A DNA stretch of 64,000 nt from an uncultured Gammaproteobacteria bacterium. GTDB taxonomy: Bacteria; Patescibacteriota; Microgenomatia; PFEM01; DATLAM01. Positions 1 to 8,972 of this stretch are shown piece by piece; position 1 is the first letter of the stretch, and every line of letters starts with the position of its first letter. Below the pieces are notes generated by a model. It worked only from the letters and a program-made list of their open reading frames with translations. It searched no databases and was not told the DNA's origin. The stretch covers positions 184-64,183 of the forward strand of contig CAZMIZ010000005.1 of assembly GCA_964566925.1 (NCBI GenBank). The letters run 5' to 3'. The translations under genes and the position numbers were made by a program.

Positions 1-51
1 TATCTAACCGGCGCTCTGATCTATGTAGACGGCGGCTGGTTATCAGCGTGA
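1..51 (+). CDS. C-terminal end of an SDR-family oxidoreductase (truncated by window edge)
   Basis: Frame 1 reads YLTGALIYVDGGWLSA*, matching the typical SDR C-terminal motif (Y/F)xTGxxxxVDGG. Confidence 0.7.
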   Translation, partial: YLTGALIYVDGGWLSA

Positions 52-61
52 ATGGTTCGGG

Positions 62-637
62 ATGATTTTTATGGAGAAAGGGAGAGTTGAGGACACCTTA
101 AAAAACAATGGCGTGGGGGTTTTACCCACGGATACCCTTTATGGACTGGTAGGTTCGGCTCTCTCAAAAAAAGCGGTTGGGAAGATTTATCAGCTAAAAA
201 AAAGAAACCCCCAAAAACCTCTAATTATTCTGATTAGCTCCTTATCCGATTTAGCTTTATTCAAAATTAAAGTCGACCAGAAAACAAAAAAGATATTAAA
301 TCAATGTTGGCCCGGAAAGGTGAGCGTTATTTTCCCTTGTCCTTCAAAAAAGTTTGCTTATCTTCATCGAGGAGGGGAGACTCTAGCCTTTCGGTTACCT
401 GATAAAAAGGATTTACGGTTTTTACTTAAAAAAACTGGGCCATTAGTGGCACCAACAGCCAATCCTGAAGGCCTGGAGCCAGCGAAAACGATTGAGGAAG
501 CTAAAGCCTATTTTAATGATCAGGTTGATTTTTATCTTGATCAAGGCAGGCTTGATTCTTTGCCTTCCACATTGATTAAGGTAGAAAGTGGGAGGGTTGA
601 GGTTTTAAGGCGGGGAGCGGTTAGAATTTCTTCTTGA
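62..637 (+). CDS. tsaC: L-threonylcarbamoyladenylate synthase (Sua5/YrdC/TsaC)
   Basis: Motifs PTDTLYGL, IYQLKKR..KPL, WPG, AFRLP, PTANPEG and PSTLI. Confidence 0.93.
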   Translation: MIFMEKGRVEDTLKNNGVGVLPTDTLYGLVGSALSKKAVGKIYQLKKRNPQKPLIILISSLSDLALFKIKVDQKTKKILNQCWPGKVSVIFPCPSKKFAYLHRGGETLAFRLPDKKDLRFLLKKTGPLVAPTANPEGLEPAKTIEEAKAYFNDQVDFYLDQGRLDSLPSTLIKVESGRVEVLRRGAVRISS

Positions 638-690
638 AGTTTATTTTTTCCTAATTGAAAATGGGATCGGTTTTGGGTAAGATAAAAAGG

Positions 691-1005
691 ATGCTTGAAT
701 TAACTAATAAAAGCTTTCAAGAGGAGGTTTTGAAGGCTAAAGAGCCGGTTTTGGTTGATTTTTGGGCGCCTTGGTGCGGACCCTGTAGAATGGCTGGACC
801 GGTGATTGATGAGTTGGCCCAGGAATATGAGGGAAAAGTGAAGGTAGGCAAGCTCAACGTTGATGAGAATCCGAAGACGGCCGAGAAATATGGGGTAATG
901 AGTATCCCCACGGTAATAATCTTCAAAGAAGGTAAAGAAGCTAAAAGGCAGATAGGCTTTCCCGGCAAAGCGGGTTATGAGCAATTGATTAAGGGGGTGC
1001 TTTAG
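691..1005 (+). CDS. trxA: Thioredoxin
   Basis: VDFWAPWCGPC active site and SIPT motif. Start moved from 655 to ATG 691 (MLELTNKSF), which fits the thioredoxin N-terminus and a -10-like TAAGAT at 678-683. Confidence 0.95.
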   Translation: MLELTNKSFQEEVLKAKEPVLVDFWAPWCGPCRMAGPVIDELAQEYEGKVKVGKLNVDENPKTAEKYGVMSIPTVIIFKEGKEAKRQIGFPGKAGYEQLIKGVL

Positions 1006-1178
1006 TTCGGGGAAACATATTTTTCAAAGACGCGAGACGAGATTTAGAGGTAAATTGGAACCTTCTAGTCTCTCGCTAAGTGATCGTCAGCAGTGTTTCT
1101 TGAAAGTGAATGAATAACGCCATCTGACTGACGATCAAATTCTTTTCAAAACAGTTTCCCTTCACTCTAAAAGAAGAT

Positions 1179-2141
1179 ATGGAGGATCAGGCTTACGACC
1201 TCATCATTATTGGCTCTGGTCCAGCAGGCTTTACTGCCTCGATTTATGCGAGCCGATACAAGCTTTCCAACCTGGTTTTAGGTGAGAAGGTAGGGGGAAC
1301 GATTGGCTTAGCGAGTAAAGTCGAGAATTACCCTGGCTTTCATTCTATTTCAGGTTTGGATTTAATGGCTAAGATTGAGGAGCATGTTAAAGGTCTGGGT
1401 GCGGAAGTGGTCTATGATCCAGTCACCGGGGTAAAAAAAGAAGGAGAGAGTTTTGAGGTTTTAGTTCAATCAGGCAAAAATCTTCTGGCAAAAGCGATTA
1501 TCATTACCACCGGAACGGAGAGAAGAAGTCTTGGGGTTCCCGGCGAAAAAGAGTATCTTGGTCGAGGTGTAACTTATTGTACAACTTGCGACGCCCCGTT
1601 TTTTAGAGATAAAGTGGTGGCTTTAATTGGCGGGGCAGATAGCGCTGTTTCCGGTGCGATCCACACCGCCGAATTTGCCAAAAAAGTCTACATTATTTAT
1701 CGTAAAGACAAGTTCCGGGCTGAACCAATCTGGGTCGAGCAGGCTTTAAAAAATCCCAAGATTGAACCAATTTATAAGACTAATATTACGGAGATCCTGG
1801 GAGCTTCAGGGAAAGTTAGCGGAGTGGAGCTTAATAATCCCTATCAAGGCAAGAAAAGTCTACCTTTAGACGGAGTTTTTATCGAAATTGGGGGCGTGCC
1901 GGGAGTGGGGATTGCTTCCTCAATGGGGATTGAGCTGACTGAAGCCGGTTTTATTAAAGTGAACGAGCAGATGGAAACTAACTTAGCTGGGGTTTTCTCG
2001 GCTGGAGATTGTAATGATCGCTTGCCGAACTTTCAACAAATGATCACTGCTTGTGCTGAAGGGGCTTTAGCGGCGGCTTCTGCCTATAAATTTTTGAAAA
2101 AAGAGCAAGCGCCCCAGATATTAGGAGTTGGTTCTAAATAA
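1179..2141 (+). CDS. trxB: Thioredoxin-disulfide reductase
   Basis: IIGSGPAG FAD motif, ENYPG, GRGVTYCTTCD redox CxxC and VFSAGD; adjacent to trxA. Confidence 0.93.
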   Translation: MEDQAYDLIIIGSGPAGFTASIYASRYKLSNLVLGEKVGGTIGLASKVENYPGFHSISGLDLMAKIEEHVKGLGAEVVYDPVTGVKKEGESFEVLVQSGKNLLAKAIIITTGTERRSLGVPGEKEYLGRGVTYCTTCDAPFFRDKVVALIGGADSAVSGAIHTAEFAKKVYIIYRKDKFRAEPIWVEQALKNPKIEPIYKTNITEILGASGKVSGVELNNPYQGKKSLPLDGVFIEIGGVPGVGIASSMGIELTEAGFIKVNEQMETNLAGVFSAGDCNDRLPNFQQMITACAEGALAAASAYKFLKKEQAPQILGVGSK

Positions 2142-2153
2142 AGATAAGATTTT

Positions 2154-2678
2154 ATGGCTTCCCGAAAAATCACTGACGATCAGCAGGAGATGTTTGTCAT
2201 CGTTGACAAAAACGATAAGGTTATTGGTCAGGCAACTAGGGGAGAATGTCATCGGAATAAAAAATTAATTCATCGCGGAGTAGTTATTTTAGTTTTTAAT
2301 GATCAAGGCGAGCTCTATTTGCAAAAAAGAAGTGCTACTAAAGATCTCTATCCTAGCTTATGGTCGCTTTCGGTTGGAGGCCATGTTGCCAGCGGGGAAA
2401 CCTATGATCAGGCGGCGAAAAAGGAAATGCGAGAAGAATTGGGAATTAACGTTCCTTTTAAGAAGATCGGCAAATTTTTCCATCAGAATGAACGCGAAAC
2501 AGAAATAAATATGGCTTACAAAGCAACCTATAAAGGCCCTTTTAAATTAAGTCCGGAAGAAATTGAGAAGGGAAGATTCTTTAACCCCGAGGCTTTAGCT
2601 AAGAAAGTCAGCTCAGGGGAAATTAAGTTGACACCCCGTGCAAGGCACGGTTTAAAATTTAGCGGAGTTTTAAAATGA
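2154..2678 (+). CDS. NUDIX hydrolase (IPP-isomerase/YfcD-like)
   Basis: HRGVVILVFN..GELYLQKRSATKDLYP and Nudix box GGHVASGETYDQAAKKEMREELGI. Confidence 0.88.
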   Translation: MASRKITDDQQEMFVIVDKNDKVIGQATRGECHRNKKLIHRGVVILVFNDQGELYLQKRSATKDLYPSLWSLSVGGHVASGETYDQAAKKEMREELGINVPFKKIGKFFHQNERETEINMAYKATYKGPFKLSPEEIEKGRFFNPEALAKKVSSGEIKLTPRARHGLKFSGVLK

Positions 2679-3895
2679 ATCCTTTTCAAAACGCCATCCA
2701 ACAATTGGAAAGAGCCGCTGCCTACACCAAAGCGGGGCGGAGAGAGCTTGATAAATTAAAGTACCCAAATAGGCTTATTCGCAAGGAAATATCAATTAAA
2801 TTGGATAACGGAAAAACGGCTAAATTTAAGGCTTTTCGGATTCAATACAATAATGCTCGAGGTCCCTATAAAGGGGGAATCCGTTTTCATCCCCAGGTGA
2901 GTTTGGAGGAAGTCAAGGCTTTGGCTTTTTGGATGAGTATTAAGACCGCGGTCGTTGGTCTTCCTTTGGGAGGTGGTAAAGGTGGGGTGATTGTTGATCC
3001 CAAAGAACTTTCCCAAACGGAAATCGAGCGGCTTTCTCGAGTCTATGTCCGAGCGATTGCTCCTTACATTGGACCCAGGGTGGATGTGCCGGCCCCAGAC
3101 GTGAATACCAACGCTCAAATAATGGCCTGGATGATGGATGAATACGAAAAGATTGTTGGCAAGAAGGCATCAGCCACCTTTACTGGCAAGCCAATTAAAT
3201 TAGGGGGCAGTTTGGGTAGGGAAGCCGCCACTGGCCGCGGTGGACTTTATACTTTACAGGCTTTTCTTCAGGCTTCAAATCAAAACCTGCTTTCTATTGC
3301 CGTCCAAGGGTTTGGTAATGTCGGTTATTGGTTTGCTCAGTTAGCCCATGAGGTTGGTTTTAAAGTCGTGGCTGTTTCAGACAGTAAAGGCGGGATTCTA
3401 AGCCCGAGAGGGTTAAACCCTAAGAAGGTGATGGCCTACAAGAGAAAGACGGGGTCGGTGGTGGGTTTTCCGAGAACTAAAAAGATCACCAATAATCAAT
3501 TGCTAATTACTAAGACTGACATTCTGGCCCCCGCGGCTTTAGAAAACATTATTACCAAGGCGAATGCCGCCAAGATTAAGGCAAAAGTAATTATTGAGCT
3601 GGCTAACGGGCCGGTGACTCCAGGGGCGGATAAAATTTTGATTGAAAAAGGAATTATAGCCGTGCCTGATATTTTGGCTAATGCTGGCGGGGTGACCGTT
3701 TCCTATTTTGAATGGAAGCAGAATCTAACAGGGAAGAAATGGAGTGAAAGAGAGGTTAATCAAAGGCTTGAAAAGATCATGGTGAGGGCTTTTAATTCTA
3801 TTTGGAAAGCGAGTAAAAAATATCAGGTCGATTTACGGACGGCCGCCTATATCCTGGCGATTGAACGGATTGTCAAGGCAATGAAGAAAGATTGA
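2675..3895 (+). CDS. gdhA: Glu/Leu/Phe/Val dehydrogenase (glutamate dehydrogenase)
   Basis: GPYKGGIRFHP, GGGKGG, DVPAPDV, QGFGNVG and PDILANAGGVTVSYFEW. Confidence 0.93.
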   Translation: MNPFQNAIQQLERAAAYTKAGRRELDKLKYPNRLIRKEISIKLDNGKTAKFKAFRIQYNNARGPYKGGIRFHPQVSLEEVKALAFWMSIKTAVVGLPLGGGKGGVIVDPKELSQTEIERLSRVYVRAIAPYIGPRVDVPAPDVNTNAQIMAWMMDEYEKIVGKKASATFTGKPIKLGGSLGREAATGRGGLYTLQAFLQASNQNLLSIAVQGFGNVGYWFAQLAHEVGFKVVAVSDSKGGILSPRGLNPKKVMAYKRKTGSVVGFPRTKKITNNQLLITKTDILAPAALENIITKANAAKIKAKVIIELANGPVTPGADKILIEKGIIAVPDILANAGGVTVSYFEWKQNLTGKKWSEREVNQRLEKIMVRAFNSIWKASKKYQVDLRTAAYILAIERIVKAMKKD

Positions 3896-3921
3896 CAGAG
3901 AACTATAGGGGATGATATAAG
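3892..3921 (+). promoter_or_regulatory. Sigma70-type promoter of orphan gene 3967
   Basis: TTGACA (3892-3897), 18 nt, TATAAG (3916-3921) with TG extension; SD GAAGGAG before ATG 3967. Confidence 0.6.
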
Positions 3922-3966
3922 GAATTAACTGCCCGTTTCCAGGGCAGTTTTTAGAAGGAGATAATC

Positions 3967-4677
3967 ATGAGTCCGATTCCAGAAAGATTAGAAATAAAAG
4001 GGGATGATAGAGAGCGGTCTATAGGGAGTTATGTAAAGGTAATGGAAGCTTTAGTAGCCGACAGGGGAAATATTATTCCGTTGGCTGGAGAAGAGATAGA
4101 ATTTCCAGAATTGCCTTCCGCGCAGATTAAAAAGGGATTTAGAATCCCTTTTGACCACCTTTTACATAATCTTTTGCCTTCTAATAGCAACAAATTAGAT
4201 GGCCTCAGAAAATATTATAGGCAATTTGGAATCATGATTAGGGTGGACTGGGAAAGCAGAGTAGCTTTAGTGAAGTCAATTGGGGTCGGGAGAGAGGTGG
4301 AAGTCTATTTAGAAGGAGGGAAATATGCTAGTCGATGTTCAGAGGATGGTAGAACGGAAGGGATTACTTTAACACCTCCACACAGGGAAGTGGTTGGAGC
4401 GCTATTAATTTTAAGTCCCGAAGATTTTGTTTATGCCAGCGAGCATGGAATTTTAATTGGAGAAGAAGTCGGTGAAAAAAATCAAGTTGACCTGGTAGTT
4501 CTACCAGGGAGGCAGTTTAGAGAACTTAATTTGGAATTGCCAGTAAACGAAGAAAGTCTTAGGGAAGATCGAATGTATCCGATTAGCGACATGCGTTTTA
4601 ACCCGCTCGCATCAGTGTTTCGGATGGTAGAGAAGGAAATTGGTCCGCTGACCATCTTTTTTGAACCGACAAAATAG
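3967..4677 (+). CDS. Hypothetical protein
   Basis: 236-aa ORF with its own promoter and SD; no recognisable motif. Confidence 0.75.
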   Translation: MSPIPERLEIKGDDRERSIGSYVKVMEALVADRGNIIPLAGEEIEFPELPSAQIKKGFRIPFDHLLHNLLPSNSNKLDGLRKYYRQFGIMIRVDWESRVALVKSIGVGREVEVYLEGGKYASRCSEDGRTEGITLTPPHREVVGALLILSPEDFVYASEHGILIGEEVGEKNQVDLVVLPGRQFRELNLELPVNEESLREDRMYPISDMRFNPLASVFRMVEKEIGPLTIFFEPTK

Positions 4678-4716
4678 GGGGCTTGTCAGGATAGGGTTTT
4701 TAGACTAGAATAGGGC

Positions 4717-4905
4717 ATGATGAAGATCAAGATTGATAAAAACAAATGTATTGGTTGTGGGACGTGTAGGGCCTTAGCGCCCAAAAGCTTTAAATTAGGC
4801 AGTGACGGTAAGGCTCAACTGATTGAGCCGCCGGGTGATGATCAGGCAAAGATTAAGGAGGCCATTGACAGCTGCCCGGTCAATGCGATAAAATCGGCAG
4901 ACTGA
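4717..4905 (+). CDS. Ferredoxin (single cluster)
   Basis: CIGCGTC...CPVNAI. Promoter TTGTCA-17-TAGAAT (4683-4711) lies immediately upstream. Confidence 0.92.
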   Translation: MMKIKIDKNKCIGCGTCRALAPKSFKLGSDGKAQLIEPPGDDQAKIKEAIDSCPVNAIKSAD

Positions 4906-4906
4906 A

Positions 4907-5491
4907 ATGGCTGAAGAAGAAAAAAGCAAAAGTTATACCACTCCCATCTTAATTATCCTGGTGGCCGCTGCTTTCTTTCTACTAGGGAATTATTGGGCCC
5001 AATCAAAAAAAACAGGCGAAAAGAGCGCTGAAGAGGTAGTCCAGGCGAATCCCACGCCAGAAGAAGAAGTTTTGGGCGGAGTAACTTGGAAAACCACCGG
5101 TCTAGGTAATTTTGTGACCTTGGAAGAGGAAGTCTGTTTAGAAGGGGGGAAGCCGGTTGTTTATTATTTTGGCAGAAGTTCTTGTCCTCATTGTTCTTGG
5201 GAACACCCCATTTTTGAAAAGGTGGTTAAAAAGTTTGCCAATTTAATTTCGGTTCATGACAGAATGGACCAAGAGGGAGACGAAGACGTTTTCAGCCAAT
5301 ACTCTCAGCTTAACAACAACGGGATTCCCTTTATGGTTTTAGGGTGTCAATATGCCCAGGTGGGAAGTGGCGAAAGCATTGGCGAGGAAGAAGAAGAGAC
5401 GGTTTTGACGACCTTGATTTGCCAACTGACTGGAGGAGAGCCTGAGAGTGTCTGTGCTAAAGTTCAGGATTTAACCGAAGAGGAAGAATAA
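4907..5491 (+). CDS. Membrane-anchored thioredoxin-fold protein
   Basis: N-terminal TM helix, CPHC motif and cis-Pro GIPF loop. Confidence 0.8.
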   Translation: MAEEEKSKSYTTPILIILVAAAFFLLGNYWAQSKKTGEKSAEEVVQANPTPEEEVLGGVTWKTTGLGNFVTLEEEVCLEGGKPVVYYFGRSSCPHCSWEHPIFEKVVKKFANLISVHDRMDQEGDEDVFSQYSQLNNNGIPFMVLGCQYAQVGSGESIGEEEEETVLTTLICQLTGGEPESVCAKVQDLTEEEE

Positions 5492-5547
5492 CTTCTTTTA
5501 TCTTTCCTTGTTGACATCTTTGGTTCAATGGTATAATTATTTTCAGG

Positions 5548-6195
5548 ATGAATATTTTCCAATTTTTAGTGGATCAGGCCATCTTAAGCGGGGTTTCTGA
5601 GGAGATAATTGTCCTCTTGCTCCTTTTACCCTTAGTGGCCTCGATCGTAGGCGCGGCCCGGCATTTGATTGGTTTTCGGGGTTTTGGTATTTTTATTCCC
5701 ACCGCCATTGCTGTTGCCTTTGTTAAAACCGGGATCGGCACCGGGATTTTGATTTTCTTGACAATTTTACTTTTAGCCAGCATTGGTCGCCAAGGGTTAA
5801 GAAAATTAAGACTTCATTATTTACCCCGAATGGCCCTGATGCTTTGGTTGGTCACCTTAGGGATTCTAGGCATGGTTTTGGCTTCCCCTTATCTAGGCTT
5901 GACTCAACTGACAGCCATTTCCATTTTTCCGATTGTAATTTTGATTCTTTTAGCCGAAGAGTTTATCGCTGTTCAGATAGGGAAATCTCTTCGGGAGGCA
6001 GCCCGGATGACCACCGAAACGATCATCATTGCCTTAATCGGTTACTTTATTTTTACCCTTAAAATCCTCCATAATTTAGCCCTGACTTACCCTCATTGGG
6101 TGGTTTTGACCCCCCTCTTTCTAAATCTTTTTATCGGCCGATTTACAGGTTTACGTCTCCTTGAATACAGACGTTTCAGAAGACTTTTAAAGTAA
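5548..6195 (+). CDS. 7TM domain protein (7TM_transglut-like, without the transglutaminase domain)
   Basis: RHLIGFRGFGIFIP, ISIFPIVILILLAE and GRFTGLRLLEYRRF are typical of this family; adjacent to an ATP-grasp ligase. Confidence 0.85.
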   Translation: MNIFQFLVDQAILSGVSEEIIVLLLLLPLVASIVGAARHLIGFRGFGIFIPTAIAVAFVKTGIGTGILIFLTILLLASIGRQGLRKLRLHYLPRMALMLWLVTLGILGMVLASPYLGLTQLTAISIFPIVILILLAEEFIAVQIGKSLREAARMTTETIIIALIGYFIFTLKILHNLALTYPHWVVLTPLFLNLFIGRFTGLRLLEYRRFRRLLK

Positions 6196-6222
6196 AATTT
6201 AGCGAATTTCCCTGAAGCGAAG

Positions 6223-7518
6223 ATGTTTGCTCAAGCTAGTCAAATTTTAGGTTTAAACGCTCGTAGCCTAAGTTACCTTAAGCCTTTAAATACCAAAAGA
6301 GGCCGCCGGATTGCCGATTCTAAGCTTTTAACTAAAAAATATTTAAGAAAGGCTGGTTTGCCCACGCCGAAGCTTCTTAAAGTGTTTAAAAGCCCTCAAG
6401 AGGTGGCAGAGTTTAATTGGTTAACTTTGCCCGACAACTTCGTTTTAAAGCCAGCTTCAGGCTATGCTGGCGGGGGAATTGTCATTGTCAAGAAGAGAGC
6501 TAAATGGGCCGGCGAATGGCGCTTGATGGACGATTCAATCACCAATGTTGCCGATTTTCGTTTGCGATCTTTGGATATCTTGGCTGGCCAGTATAGCCTT
6601 CATAATTTACCAGATTGGGCGATGGTCGAGGAGCGAATTAAAATTACCAAAGTTTTGCGCAAATATGCCTACCAGGGGACGCCTGACGTTCGAGTTTTGG
6701 TTTACAATAAAGTTCCGGTCATGGCCATGCTTCGCTTACCTGCTGCCGAATCAAAAGGAAAATCAAATCTTCACCAAGGAGCAATCGGGGTGGGGATTGA
6801 TATCGCTACCGGTATTACTACCTATGGGATCATCCGGGGCCAGTTTATAAAATATGTCCCAGGGACGAAGAGGAAAATCAACGGCATAAAGCTTCCCAGT
6901 TGGAATACTATTTTGACGCTGGCGGTTAAAGCTCAAGAGGCCGTGCCCTCTTTAGGTTTTGTGGGAGTAGATATTGTTTTTGATAAACAGCACGGTCCGG
7001 TAATCCTGGAACTGAATGCTCGTCCAGGCGTCGAAATTCAAAATGCCAATTTGTCTCCTTTAAAAAGGAGACTGGGGCGAGTTGAAGGTTTAGAGGTTAA
7101 AGACGCTGAACATGGAGTGAAAGTGGCGAAAACCCTTTTTGCCGCTCGGTTTGCTGACCGGGTAATGGTTGAGGAAGGGATAAAGATTCTAGAAGCGGTT
7201 GAGGAGGTTAAAATTCGGTCAGCTGACAAGAAAAAAATGGCCGTTCTCGCCCGAGTTGATAGTGGTGCCTTTCGTAGCTCAATTGATCGGGAATTAGCCA
7301 GAGAATTAGGCTTGTTAAAGAAAAAAAATATTCTCTGGAAAGATCGGTTTACTTACCGTTCAACTGTTGGGAGACAAACCCGGCCCGTGATTGGCCTAAC
7401 CTTTTGGCTGGCGGGAAGGAGAATTAGAACTTCGGCCTCGGTGGCTGATCGGTCAAAAATGAAAGTACCGATGATCATTGGCAGAAATGATCTAGGGGGC
7501 TTTTTAGTTAGGCCTTAA
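6223..7518 (+). CDS. Alpha-L-glutamate-ligase-like ATP-grasp protein fused to a C-terminal retropepsin-like (RimK-associated) protease domain
   Basis: ILGLNARS, FVLKPASG, PDVRV, MAMLRLP, NLHQGAIGVGID and LELNARPG; C-terminal ARVDSGAFRSSID...MIIGRN. Confidence 0.88.
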   Translation: MFAQASQILGLNARSLSYLKPLNTKRGRRIADSKLLTKKYLRKAGLPTPKLLKVFKSPQEVAEFNWLTLPDNFVLKPASGYAGGGIVIVKKRAKWAGEWRLMDDSITNVADFRLRSLDILAGQYSLHNLPDWAMVEERIKITKVLRKYAYQGTPDVRVLVYNKVPVMAMLRLPAAESKGKSNLHQGAIGVGIDIATGITTYGIIRGQFIKYVPGTKRKINGIKLPSWNTILTLAVKAQEAVPSLGFVGVDIVFDKQHGPVILELNARPGVEIQNANLSPLKRRLGRVEGLEVKDAEHGVKVAKTLFAARFADRVMVEEGIKILEAVEEVKIRSADKKKMAVLARVDSGAFRSSIDRELARELGLLKKKNILWKDRFTYRSTVGRQTRPVIGLTFWLAGRRIRTSASVADRSKMKVPMIIGRNDLGGFLVRP

Positions 7519-7538
7519 GATTTACCTTACGAAACACA

Positions 7539-8972
7539 ATGAAAGACTTAATTTCCCCTTTGAAAAGGAATAAAGCCCCGATTATTGGTATTGGTGTAAC
7601 CGCTTTTAATCGAATTGGGCCAGCCTTTTTTTTGAACAACTTTGAAATTATTTGCTACAAAAACGGATCTGATTTACCTTCTCTTGAGAAGTTTTGCAAA
7701 ATAATTTCCATTCAGCGTGATCTCCGCGGAGAGAACCTTGAAAGGCTTAATAGCCTGGCCCTTTTAAAACACCGAGGCGTTTTCCATTATCTTAAGAGTA
7801 AAAAGGGGATTAAGATTTTTGTTTATCGTTCAACCGAGCGGATTGATAAGATCTGCGAAGAGAACGGCTGGCAGCTTTTGGCTAATAAAGCAAGAATTAG
7901 GGATGTTTATGAGGATAAAAAGCGGTTTCGCCAGATTGGAAAGAAGGCGAAAATCGGCCTAATTGAAGGAGAAACGCTCAGGATTGATAATCTAGATAGA
8001 GACCAACTCAGGCAGTTTCAGAAGAAGTACGGCCCAAACCTAGTTTTTCAATTAACTGACATTTCCCGGGGCGGTGGCCTAGGCACATTTTTCATCAATC
8101 AGGCTCAAGATTTTGAAAATTTTTGCCAGTTCGTTCGAAAAGAAAGAAGAGAGAGAGAACTAAAAAATGTCAATGTGACTAAACGGATTCAGGGAATTCC
8201 TGCCAGCATTACCGGTTGTGTTACTCACTCTGGCGTAATTTGTAGCCCGATCCAGACCCAGATTATAGATCAGCCAGAAGTGATGGGCCCCACTAAAAGC
8301 AAGGGTAGATTTTGTGGTCATGATTGGCAGTTTAGGCATTATCAAGGCAGACTTCAAAATCAAGCAGAGAGAATCGCTAGGAGGCTAGGAGAATATATGG
8401 GTGGCCAAGGTTATAAGGGTATTTTTGGTATCGATTTGATTATTGATGAGAGGGAGGGTCGAGTTCATCCAGTTGAGTGTAATCCCCGCTACACAGGCGC
8501 TTTTCCAGTCTACACAATGCTTCAGTTACAAGCAGAGGAAATCCCTTTTGAAGCTTTTCATCTTTTGGAGTTTTTAGGAATTCCCTACGAGGTTGATGTG
8601 GAGGCGATTAACCGTTCCTATCAAAGCAAGAAGAGAGGCTCTCACCTAGTCCTTTATAATCGTGATCGGAAAAATTGGGTTAAGGCCTGGGGAAATTTAC
8701 AAGCTGGAGTTTATCGATTAGAGAATGGAAAGCTAAAATTTTTACGGGAAGGGTTTTCAGTTTTTGATATTAAGAATCAATCAGAGTTTGTTTTGACTGA
8801 CGGGGTGCCTAAGAAAGGGGATTTGGTCAAGCCAGGACTTCGCTGCGGAAAGCTGATTTTTAACAAAAGCATCCTAGGGTCAAAGGGCAGATTAACTCCA
8901 GAAGTAAAGGAGATTATTAGGCTGGTTTACAAAAGTTTGGATTTAAGGAAGACGAAATTTAAGCAGATTTAG
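7539..8972 (+). CDS. ATP-grasp domain protein (peptide-ligase-like)
   Basis: YEDKKRF, SRGGGLGTFF, GYKGIFGIDLI and VECNPRYTG. Confidence 0.8.
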   Translation: MKDLISPLKRNKAPIIGIGVTAFNRIGPAFFLNNFEIICYKNGSDLPSLEKFCKIISIQRDLRGENLERLNSLALLKHRGVFHYLKSKKGIKIFVYRSTERIDKICEENGWQLLANKARIRDVYEDKKRFRQIGKKAKIGLIEGETLRIDNLDRDQLRQFQKKYGPNLVFQLTDISRGGGLGTFFINQAQDFENFCQFVRKERRERELKNVNVTKRIQGIPASITGCVTHSGVICSPIQTQIIDQPEVMGPTKSKGRFCGHDWQFRHYQGRLQNQAERIARRLGEYMGGQGYKGIFGIDLIIDEREGRVHPVECNPRYTGAFPVYTMLQLQAEEIPFEAFHLLEFLGIPYEVDVEAINRSYQSKKRGSHLVLYNRDRKNWVKAWGNLQAGVYRLENGKLKFLREGFSVFDIKNQSEFVLTDGVPKKGDLVKPGLRCGKLIFNKSILGSKGRLTPEVKEIIRLVYKSLDLRKTKFKQI

